Shown: positions 7,987 through 16,114 of the stretch, one piece after another
Layout of the letters: each line of letters begins with the position of its first letter
Numbering within the stretch: position 1 is the first letter of the stretch
Assembly: GCA_964658025.1 (NCBI GenBank)
Contig: CAZZXB010000016.1
Span: 1-31,018, forward strand
DNA length: 31,018 bases
DNA from: an uncultured Janthinobacterium sp.
Lineage (GTDB): Bacteria; Vulcanimicrobiota; Vulcanimicrobiia; Vulcanimicrobiales; Vulcanimicrobiaceae
Reading direction: 5' to 3'
The notes under the pieces: generated by a model
What the model saw: only the letters and a program-made list of their open reading frames with translations
Database searches by the model: none
What the model was told of the DNA's origin: nothing
Made by a program: the position numbers and the translations under genes

Positions 7987-10043
7987 CGGCGACCCTCGCG
8001 GAGGGCCTCGCCATGCTCGCGATCTTCGCGGTCGCGGCGGGTCTGATGTACGCGCGGCTCGTGCCGGCGTTGCTCGCGGTACCGCTCATGGCGCTCGGCG
8101 TCGCGGTCGTGTCGGGCGCGGGCGCGACCGGAGTCGAAACGACGATCGTCGACGGCACGGCGAAGCTCGCGCCCGTCATCGTGACGGTGATCTTCGGCGC
8201 GCTGCTCTCGCGCGTCACGCTCGCGACGGGGATCGCCGAGACGATCGTGAGTTACGCCGCGGAGTTCGGCGGCGACCGCCCGGCCGTTCTCGCGCTCGCG
8301 CTCTGCGCCGCGGTCGCGCTCCTGTTCACGTCGCTGACCGGACTCGGCGCGATCGTGATGGTGGGTTCGATCGTCCTGCCGATCATGATGACGATCGGCG
8401 TGCCGCGTAAGACGGCCGCGACGTTGTTCTTACTCGCGTTCGCGCTCGGCTTCGTCTTCAACGTGGCGCAGTGGACGTTCTACACGAAGACCTTCGGCGT
8501 GGAGCGCGCGCAGATGCAACCGTACGCGCTCGCGCTCGCCGCGATCGATTGCGTCGCGCTCGGCGCGTTCGCGTTCGCGCGCTTTCGCGCGACGCGCGGC
8601 TACGCCACGTGGGCCGTCGCCGCGGACGAACCGCTCGCACGCAAACGCGCGCCGCTCCACGCGCTCGTCACGCCCGTGCTGCCGATCGCGTTCTATTTTT
8701 TCCTCGGCGCGAGTCCGGTCGTGGCGTTCGCGCTCGCCGCGGTCTACGGCGTGCTCGCGGTCGCACCGAAGCGTGCGGTCGCGACGTTCGTCGCGTCCGC
8801 GATCCGCGGCGTCGAGGACGTCGCGCCCGCGATCGTGCTGTTCATGGGCATCGGCATGCTCCTCGTCGCGACGGGTTTGCCGAGCGTGAAGGCCGCGCTC
8901 GCACCGCTCGTCGGCGCGATCGCGCCCCGCTCGTGGTTCGCCTACGTCGTCCTCTTCGGGCTCTTCTCGCCGCTCGCGCTCTATCGCGGTCCGCTCAACC
9001 CGTTCGGCGTCGGCATCGCGGTCTACACGGTATTGGCGGGTCTCGGTGCGTTACCGGCGGTCACGCTCGTCGCCGCGATCATGGCGGTCGTGCAAGTGCA
9101 GAACGTCTGCGATCCGACGAACACGCAGAACGTGTGGGTCGCGAACTTCACGGGCGTTCGCGTCGACGAGATCACGCGCGCGACGCTGCCGTTTCAGGTC
9201 GGCGTCGCCGTCGTCGCGACGCTCGCGGTCGCGCTCGGCGGCGGCGCGCTTCTCGGCGTCCAACCGTTCCGTCTCGCGTCGGCGGCGGCCGCGGCGGAGA
9301 CGACGGCGCGAAGCGCCGCGACCAATACGATCGCCGCGATCGGCGCGCGCGCGGGGGCCGCGGATACGATCGCCGTGGCGCCCGCGGATCGCGGGCTCTC
9401 GGTCGCCGCGGCGCGCGCGGTCTACGACCGCATCGCGCGCGGATGGCGCGGCTTCCGCGCGACGTTGCTCGACGCGGCGCCCCCCGACGCGCCGTGTTCC
9501 GAACGGCCGTACGCGGCGCTCGTGGTCGTCTCGTCGACGATTCCGGCCGACCCGTCGCAGACGACGAACGCGTGGGAGACGGGCGTGACGTTACGCGATT
9601 GCGCGGGCTGGCCCGTCGACGAGTGGTGGGACGCGAGCGATCGGCCCGAGCGCGCGCCCGACGACGACGCGCTCGCGCGCGCGGGGCTCGCCGCGTACTT
9701 TCGGATGGAGACGTGGACGCTCGAGCGGCCCGAACTCGCGCGCACGTTATTCGACGACGGTCTCGCCCATCGTAAGGGCGACGCGCCGACGTTTCTCTAC
9801 ACGCTCTTCAAAACGCCCGACGGTCAGATGCGCGCGTTCGTCCGGCCCGGCGGTCCGGCGTACGCCGCGGGCTTTCGCACGAACGACGTGATCGAACGGA
9901 TCGACGGCAAATTCTGGTGGGAGTACGGCACGTTTCAGGCGCAGGCGCGCGCGTACGACGGCTTGCCGCACGTCTACGATATCCAACGCGGCGCGCAGAA
10001 AACGCCGCTCACGATCTCGCTCGGCGCGCCGTTCCGGCCGTGA
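7983..10043 (+). CDS. IT-superfamily-like (GntP/citrate-transporter-like) permease fused to a C-terminal soluble domain with PDZ-like end
   Basis: GTG 7983 overlaps the GH20 stop (GTGA). About 430 aa of TM helices (TGIAETIV..AAEFGGD, PLALYRGPLNPFG, CDPTNTQNVW), then about 250 aa hydrophilic region ending VRPGGPAYAAGFRTNDVIERIDG. Confidence 0.8.
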   Translation: MTATLAEGLAMLAIFAVAAGLMYARLVPALLAVPLMALGVAVVSGAGATGVETTIVDGTAKLAPVIVTVIFGALLSRVTLATGIAETIVSYAAEFGGDRPAVLALALCAAVALLFTSLTGLGAIVMVGSIVLPIMMTIGVPRKTAATLFLLAFALGFVFNVAQWTFYTKTFGVERAQMQPYALALAAIDCVALGAFAFARFRATRGYATWAVAADEPLARKRAPLHALVTPVLPIAFYFFLGASPVVAFALAAVYGVLAVAPKRAVATFVASAIRGVEDVAPAIVLFMGIGMLLVATGLPSVKAALAPLVGAIAPRSWFAYVVLFGLFSPLALYRGPLNPFGVGIAVYTVLAGLGALPAVTLVAAIMAVVQVQNVCDPTNTQNVWVANFTGVRVDEITRATLPFQVGVAVVATLAVALGGGALLGVQPFRLASAAAAAETTARSAATNTIAAIGARAGAADTIAVAPADRGLSVAAARAVYDRIARGWRGFRATLLDAAPPDAPCSERPYAALVVVSSTIPADPSQTTNAWETGVTLRDCAGWPVDEWWDASDRPERAPDDDALARAGLAAYFRMETWTLERPELARTLFDDGLAHRKGDAPTFLYTLFKTPDGQMRAFVRPGGPAYAAGFRTNDVIERIDGKFWWEYGTFQAQARAYDGLPHVYDIQRGAQKTPLTISLGAPFRP

Positions 10044-12181
10044 CCGCCGCGCGCGCGGCGGCGTTACGCGTCGGGATCGACGTCGGCGGCACGTTCACCG
10101 ACGTCGTCGTCATCGACGCCGCGACGCGGGCGATCGTCGCGCGCGTGAAGGTTCCCACGACGCACGACGCGCCGGGCGGCGTCGCCGAGGGGATCGTCGC
10201 CGGAATCGGGCGCGCGCTCGAGGCGCCCGGGGTCGAGGCGGCGCGGATCGCGTTCATCGCGCACTCCACGACGCAGGCCACGAACGCGTTACTCGAAGGC
10301 GACGTCGCGAGCGTCGGGGTCGTCGGATTGCACGGCCGTTTCGGATGGCTCGCGCGGGCGCAACTGCGCGTGCCGCCGATCGTCCTCGGACCGAACGCGA
10401 GCCTGGTCCCGCGGATCGCGTTCGCGCGTGCGGACGACGAGCGCGCGGGCGCACGCGCGGTCGACGCGTTGCTCGCGGACGGCGCGCAGACGATCGTCGC
10501 GAGCGAGGCCTTCGGCGTCGACGCACCCGCACGCGAACGTCGGATCGCGACGTACGCGCGCGAGCGCGGGTCGATCGCGACCGCGGGACACGAGGTCGCG
10601 GCGAGCTACGGACTGCGGGCGCGGACGCGCACGGCGATCCTCAATGCGGCGATCTTGCCGCGGATGGAACGGACCGCGCGGATGACGGCGGATTCCGTCG
10701 CGCGTGCGGGGATCGGCGTGCCGCTCATGATCATGCGCAGCGACGGCGGCGTGATGGACGTCGCGGAGGTGGCGCGTCGGCCGATCCTCACGATGCTCTC
10801 GGGACCCGCCGCGGGGATCGCGGGCGCGTTATTGCACGAGAACGTGACCGACGGTATCTTCATCGAGGTCGGCGGGACGAGCGCCGACTGTTCGGTCGTC
10901 CGGCGCGGCCAGCCGCAGATGCGACCGGCGCGCGTCGGCGGGCATCGCACGATGTTGCGGACGCTCGACGTACGCACGCTCGCGATCGCGGGCGGGAGCG
11001 TTCCGCGCATCGCCCGCGACGCGCGCGGGGTGGCGGTACTGCGCGACGTGGGTCCGCGTTCGGCGCACATCGCCGGACTCGGGTACGCGTGCTTCGCCGA
11101 TTCGACCGAATTCGACGGCGCGCGCGTCGAGACGGTGCGGCCGCTCGCGGGCGATCCCGACGACTACCTCGCGATCGTCTGCGAGAGCGGCCGGCGCTTC
11201 ACGCTGACGCCGACGTGCGCCGCGAACGTACTCGGCTTCGTGCCGACGGGCGATTTCGCGCGCGGCGACGACGATGCCGCGCTACGCGCGTTCGAACTCG
11301 TGTCGGAGCGGTGCGAGATGACGCCCGAAGCGCTCGCGCGCGCGATCCTCGAACGGAGCGTCGAGAAGCTGCGCGTCGCGATCGACGAACTGATCGCGGA
11401 TTACGCGCTCGCGCGCGAGGACGTCGAACTCGTCGGGGGCGGAGGCGGTGCCGCCGCGCTCGTTCCGTTCGCGGGCGAACGGCTCGGGTTGCGGCATCGT
11501 CTCGCGCGCGATGCGGAAGTGATCTCGCCCGTCGGCGTCGCGCTCGCGCTCGTGCGCGACGTCGTCGAGCGCACGATCGTCGCGCCGACCCCGGACGACG
11601 TCGTCCGGATCCGGCGGGAGGCGTTCGATCGCGTCGTCGCCGCGGGCGCGTCGCCGGAACTCGTGGAGGTCACGATCGAGATCGACGCGCGGCGCAATCT
11701 CGTCCGCGCGACGGCATCGGGCGCGACGGCCGCGGTCGCGGATCGTGCGTCCGATATCCGCGCGACCGACGCGGATCGTGCGAACGCGGCGGCGACGGCG
11801 TTACGCGTCGAACCGACGTCGCTTCGGCGCGCGTGCGTCGCGGGCGAGTTCGTCGCGTACGTCACGACGGCCGGACGCACGACCGACGCGTGCGTCGTCG
11901 ATGCGCGCGGCGTCGTCCGTCTCGTCGACAAGCGGGCGTCCGTCGTCGCGACGACGGTCGCGCGGCTCGCGCGCGATCTCGCGACGACGCTCGAGGACGC
12001 GACGAATTTCGGCGACGTCGGACGCGCGCTGCCCGACGTCCATCTCGTCTACGGTTCGCGCGTCGCGGATCTCGGCACGCTCGCCGAGGCCGCGCAGGTC
12101 GTCGCGCTCGCCGTCGAGGAGGTTCGCGGCGCCGCCCCGGACGCGATCGTCGCGGTCGTCGTCGCGCGCCGCGACGCGTGA
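10040..12181 (+). CDS. Hydantoinase/oxoprolinase A-type (ASKHA-fold ATPase) family protein, stand-alone
   Basis: GIDVGGTFTD, HSTTQATNALLEG, MRSDGG, SGPAAG, EVGGTSAD and GGGG motifs. GTGA overlap with the permease stop. Confidence 0.9.
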   Translation: MTAARAAALRVGIDVGGTFTDVVVIDAATRAIVARVKVPTTHDAPGGVAEGIVAGIGRALEAPGVEAARIAFIAHSTTQATNALLEGDVASVGVVGLHGRFGWLARAQLRVPPIVLGPNASLVPRIAFARADDERAGARAVDALLADGAQTIVASEAFGVDAPARERRIATYARERGSIATAGHEVAASYGLRARTRTAILNAAILPRMERTARMTADSVARAGIGVPLMIMRSDGGVMDVAEVARRPILTMLSGPAAGIAGALLHENVTDGIFIEVGGTSADCSVVRRGQPQMRPARVGGHRTMLRTLDVRTLAIAGGSVPRIARDARGVAVLRDVGPRSAHIAGLGYACFADSTEFDGARVETVRPLAGDPDDYLAIVCESGRRFTLTPTCAANVLGFVPTGDFARGDDDAALRAFELVSERCEMTPEALARAILERSVEKLRVAIDELIADYALAREDVELVGGGGGAAALVPFAGERLGLRHRLARDAEVISPVGVALALVRDVVERTIVAPTPDDVVRIRREAFDRVVAAGASPELVEVTIEIDARRNLVRATASGATAAVADRASDIRATDADRANAAATALRVEPTSLRRACVAGEFVAYVTTAGRTTDACVVDARGVVRLVDKRASVVATTVARLARDLATTLEDATNFGDVGRALPDVHLVYGSRVADLGTLAEAAQVVALAVEEVRGAAPDAIVAVVVARRDA

Positions 12182-12196
12182 GGTACGCCTCGCGTC
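12173..12196. terminator. Hairpin between convergent genes (possible bidirectional terminator)
   Basis: gacgc-gt-gagg TACG cctc-gcgtc spans the stop regions of both convergent genes. No U-tract. Confidence 0.3.
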
Positions 12197-13070
12197 AGGC
12201 GATCTGGCGCAGCGCCGGCGGCGCCGAGTCGATCTTCCCGAACGACGGGATGGGGAGCGCCATCGCGAATTTCGCGATATTCGGAAGGACGGTCGGCGTG
12301 AGCAGGCCCGCGGGCATGGCCCGCATGTAATGCGTGTTCCCGTCGACGCACGACCGGAGGAACGAACGCCACGTGACGTCGTCGAAGAGTGCGAACGCCC
12401 CTTCGGCGCCGAAGCCGACGCCCTGCGTCTTCATCCCGTCGGAGGTGCCGCTCGGCGCGAACGTCGTGAGGATGCGCTTCACCGCGCGCGCGTAGCCGAG
12501 GCCCGTCGCGAACAACGCGAGCGCGACGTGACCGCGACCGCGTCGGATCCGTTCGTACGCGATCCAGTTGACGAAGAAGGTCACGTGGCGCGCCTCTTCG
12601 AGCAACACGACCTCGAAGATATCGGTCAACGCCGGAACGAAGAGTTGGATCGCCTTCGCGAGCCCGAAGATGCCGAATCCGAAAAACGAATCGATGCATT
12701 CTTCGTAGCCGAAATCGAGAAATGCGCGTTCGGTCGGCGGAGACGGCGGGATCGATTTCTCCTCGATCGCGATGCCGTAGCGCTCGAGCATCGTCGCGAG
12801 CAGCTTCGCGTGTCGCGTCTCTTCGACGCCTTGCACCGCGAGCGCCGTGCGGACGAGCGGGTCGGCGACGCGATCGGCAAACGCGGTCACCATATAACCG
12901 GCGTTGCGTTCGGCCGCGAGCGCGACGGCCCAAAAGGGAATCGAACGCAGGCGGTCGATGGAAGTCTCATCGAGATCGGGCCAGGGAAGTTCCGCCGGGT
13001 CGAACTTCCGATGCGTTTCGATAAAGGTCGAACAGAAGAGGAGCTTGTGGGCTTGCGAGCCGTTGGTCAT
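12195..13070 (-). CDS. Ferritin-like di-iron carboxylate domain protein
   Basis: Start ATG 13070 (MTNGSQAHKLLFC). Two ExxH motifs (EETRH, EEARH) plus upstream Glu ligands (AERNAG, YEECIDS) and LPWPDL. Confidence 0.82.
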   Translation of the reverse strand: MTNGSQAHKLLFCSTFIETHRKFDPAELPWPDLDETSIDRLRSIPFWAVALAAERNAGYMVTAFADRVADPLVRTALAVQGVEETRHAKLLATMLERYGIAIEEKSIPPSPPTERAFLDFGYEECIDSFFGFGIFGLAKAIQLFVPALTDIFEVVLLEEARHVTFFVNWIAYERIRRGRGHVALALFATGLGYARAVKRILTTFAPSGTSDGMKTQGVGFGAEGAFALFDDVTWRSFLRSCVDGNTHYMRAMPAGLLTPTVLPNIAKFAMALPIPSFGKIDSAPPALRQIA

Positions 13071-13113
13071 ATCGCTAAATCCCGGAGCGCCGCAACCGAA
13101 TCCTTCAGTATCG

Positions 13114-14615
13114 ATGCGACGACGGTACTCGCGATCGTTTTCGGCTTCGCTACGTTCGCCTTCCACATCCTCAATGCCGGAAAATACGGCTACCAACGCG
13201 ACGAACTCTACTTCGTCTCGTGCGCGCGACATCTCGCGTGGGGTTACGTCGACCAGCCGCCGCTCATCGCGGTGATCGCGAAGCTCGCGACGCTGATGGG
13301 AACGTCGCTCTACGCGTTGCGACTTTTACCGGCGATCGCGGCGGCCGCGACGGTCGTCCTCACGGGACGACTCACGCGGCGGCTCGGCGGGAACGCGGTG
13401 GCGCAAGGGATCGCGATGCTCGGGATCGCTTTGGCTCCGTTCTATCTCGCGGTCGGCAACCTCCTGACGATGAACGCGTTCGAGCCGCTCCTCTGGATCG
13501 GTTCCGCGTATCTCTTCGCGAAGGCGGACGAGGACGATCGGCCCTGGCGGTGGGCGCTACTCGGACTCGTGACCGGTCTCGGCCTCATCAACAAGTATTC
13601 GATGTTCTTCTATCTCGGATCGTGCGTCGTCGCGGTCGCGCTGACGCCGATGCGTCGCTCGCTCGTGCGTCCCGGATTCTACGGTGCCGTCGCGATCGCG
13701 CTCGCGATCGTCGCGCCGACGCTCGTGTGGCAAGGACGGCACGGGTGGCCGCAGCTCGCGGTCCTCGAACACGCGGCCGAGAACAAGAACGTCGTCGTCG
13801 GGCCGCTCGCGTTCTACCTCCAGCAGATCCTCATGATGAATCCGCTCGCCGCGCCGATCTGGATCTGCGGCCTCTACGCGCTCCTCTTCACGCGCGACGG
13901 CGCGCCGTTACGCTGGTACGGCATCGCGTACGTCCTACTCTCGATCGTCTATCTCGTGCTCGGCGCGAAAGTGTACTATCTCGCGCCGATCTACCCCGTG
14001 CTCTTCGCGGCAGGAGCGACGCTCCTCGAATCGCGTCTGCTCGCAATCCGTTTCGCGACGGCGGCGTACGGTGCGTTGCTGCTGATCGCGGGGATCGCGA
14101 TCGCGCCCGAGGCGTTCCCGCTCCTACCCCTCGACACGTTCGTCCGCTACGAGCATCTGTTGGATTTTCGCGGGATCAAGATGGAGAAGCATCCCGAGGG
14201 CGTCGTGCCGCAGCACTTCGCCGACCAGCTCGGTTGGGATACGCTCGTCGCCAAGATCGCGGACGTCTACGACGCGCTCCCGCCCTCGCAGCGACGCGCG
14301 GCGGTCGTGTTCACGCGCGATTACGGCCAAGCGTCGGCCGTCGATCTCCTCGGCGCGCCCTACGCGCTGCCCCACGCGATCAGCGGCCACAACAATTACT
14401 TTCTCTACGGTCCGCGCGGGGCGTCGGGTGAGGTCGTGATCGCCGTCGGCGTGGATGCCGCCGCGCTTCGCGGCGAGTGGCGCGACGTCCGCGAAGTCGC
14501 CGTCTACCACGACGCGTACGTGCTGCCGGATTTCAACGATCTCGCGATCTACGTGTGCACGAAACCGATCGAGCCGATCGCGACCTGGTGGCCGACGACG
14601 AAGCGCTATATCTGA
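13114..14615 (+). CDS. GT-C membrane glycosyltransferase (ArnT/PMT_2, GT39/GT83-like); start uncertain
   Basis: YGYQRDELYF..C.RHLAWGYVDQPPL, GLGLINKYS, WQ..HGWPQL, KVYYLAPIYP and ISGHNNYFLYGP. No in-frame ATG near the N-terminus (see findings). Confidence 0.85.
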
Positions 14616-14621
14616 ACGGTA

Positions 14622-15107
14622 TCAATTCGTCGGGAAGGTGACCTGTACGGTCGGAACCCCGGGCGCCGACGCCTTCAGAATACCCGGCGCGCCGATCGGC
14701 GTACCGTCCCAGGCGAGCGAGACCGCGGTCGCGCTCGACGAAACGAGGGTCACGAGCGCGCCGTCGATCTTCGGCGGAATCGGACCGCAGAGCGTCGGTG
14801 AGTAGGGCGTCGCGCTACTCTGCGGCGAGCCGCCGACGAGGCCGAGCGTCGAGCAGACCGGCGATTCGAGCGCGACCGTCACCCCTTCGTCGTAGGCGCC
14901 GACGATCGGCGTGCCGTCGTTCGCGAAGGCGGTCACGGTAACGGGAAACGACGTCGCGGCCGACGTGGCGGTCAGCGACGGCGAACCGCGTAGCGAGATC
15001 GCCAATCGTGCGATCGACGGCCGGTCGGACGAGGTCCCGGGCGAACCCGAGCATCCCCCGAGCGAAACGACGGCGAGCAAATAAACACATAACGTCCGAT
15101 AATGCAT
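14622..15107 (-). CDS. Hypothetical lipoprotein with a beta-rich (Ig-like) domain
   Basis: MHYRTLCVYLLAVVSLGG-C lipobox, followed by a Ser/Thr-rich beta-strand pattern and two further Cys. Confidence 0.6.
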   Translation of the reverse strand: MHYRTLCVYLLAVVSLGGCSGSPGTSSDRPSIARLAISLRGSPSLTATSAATSFPVTVTAFANDGTPIVGAYDEGVTVALESPVCSTLGLVGGSPQSSATPYSPTLCGPIPPKIDGALVTLVSSSATAVSLAWDGTPIGAPGILKASAPGVPTVQVTFPTN

Positions 15108-15180
15108 CGTCTTCGGTTCGGCACGTCGGCGACGGCCACATTCGAACGGCCGAACGTGCTCGCGATCCGAATCGCGCGCC

Positions 15181-15897
15181 TCACCCCCGAGCGATCCCGG
15201 CAAAGACGCGTCGTCGGAAAACCTCTTCGGAAAGATCGCATCGCTCGAGCGCGAGGCCGGCGTCCGCGAAGGCGTCGCGATACGTCGCGTCGTCGAAGAG
15301 CCCGAGTTCGTGGCGTTCGAAGTGGCGTTCGACGCCGGTCTTCGAAGCGACGAGATAGTGATAGTCGAGGATCGCGATCTTGCCCATCCGTTTGCTCAGG
15401 CTCATCCGTGCGATCTTGAGATCCGGTTCGTCGACGAAGACCGCATCGACGCGGCCGGGCTCGAATTCGGTCGGACCGAAGAACGCTTCGACGACGACGA
15501 TGCCGTCCGGTGCGAGGTGCGCCGCGAGTCGTGCGATCGTCGCCGTCAGTCGTGCCGGGAGGCGCGCGTACGCCGTCGTTCCGGAGAGCGCGACGACCAC
15601 GTCGAAGCGTGCGGCGAGATCGAAGTCGTGCATATCGACGCAATCGATCTCGACGTCGGGGCAGCGCGCGCGCGCGAGGGCGACCATCTGCGGATCGTTA
15701 TCGATCCCGCGGCACGCGAAACCGAGTCGCGCGAATTCCGCGAGATGCGCGCCCGTCCCGCATCCGACGTCGAGCAGCGTTCGCGCGTGCGGCTTGCGGG
15801 CGCGGAGCGCGCGCGCGAGCGCTTCGGCATGCCTTCCGTGCCGTTTTCCGGAAGCCGCGTCCAGCGCATCGCGAAACGCCGCCGTTTTCGAGAACAT
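15181..15897 (-). CDS. Class I SAM-dependent methyltransferase, TylM1/DesVI-like
   Basis: Start ATG 15897 (MFSKTA). LLDVGCGTGAH, DMHDFDL..RFD, HLAPDGIVVVE, HYLVA and ERHELGLF resemble dTDP-aminosugar N,N-dimethyltransferases. Confidence 0.88.
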   Translation of the reverse strand: MFSKTAAFRDALDAASGKRHGRHAEALARALRARKPHARTLLDVGCGTGAHLAEFARLGFACRGIDNDPQMVALARARCPDVEIDCVDMHDFDLAARFDVVVALSGTTAYARLPARLTATIARLAAHLAPDGIVVVEAFFGPTEFEPGRVDAVFVDEPDLKIARMSLSKRMGKIAILDYHYLVASKTGVERHFERHELGLFDDATYRDAFADAGLALERCDLSEEVFRRRVFAGIARG

Positions 15898-16114
15898 GAA
15901 TCGGGATTCGCGGTCGACGGGAGCCCCGCCGCTCGCGCGCGGATCGCCGTCGGGCCGCGCTCGTAAACGTACGTCGCTCGCGCGATGCCGTTCGCGCATC
16001 GCGACGCGCGACGAAGCGCCGCGCCGAACCCGCCGGGGATGTTTCGCGAGCCGGGCTTTCGATCATCCGGGCGTCGAGCGGAGGCATCGAACGCGACCGT
16101 GAGAAGAGCAACGC

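Noticed and set aside
11745..13046. N-terminal extension of the 956-aa glycosyltransferase ORF
   Set aside because: Overlaps the hydantoinase and lies antisense to the ferritin-like gene; no protein-like character.
13114..15897. Pilin glycosylation system (GT-C plus aminosugar methyltransferase)
   Set aside because: The genes are not in an operon with each other or with the pilus, and no nucleotide-sugar synthesis genes are present; too speculative.
15960..16020. Imperfect long hairpin in the methyltransferase/oxidoreductase intergenic region
   Set aside because: Made of CG-alternating sequence that self-pairs by chance in this genome; no ncRNA features recognised.
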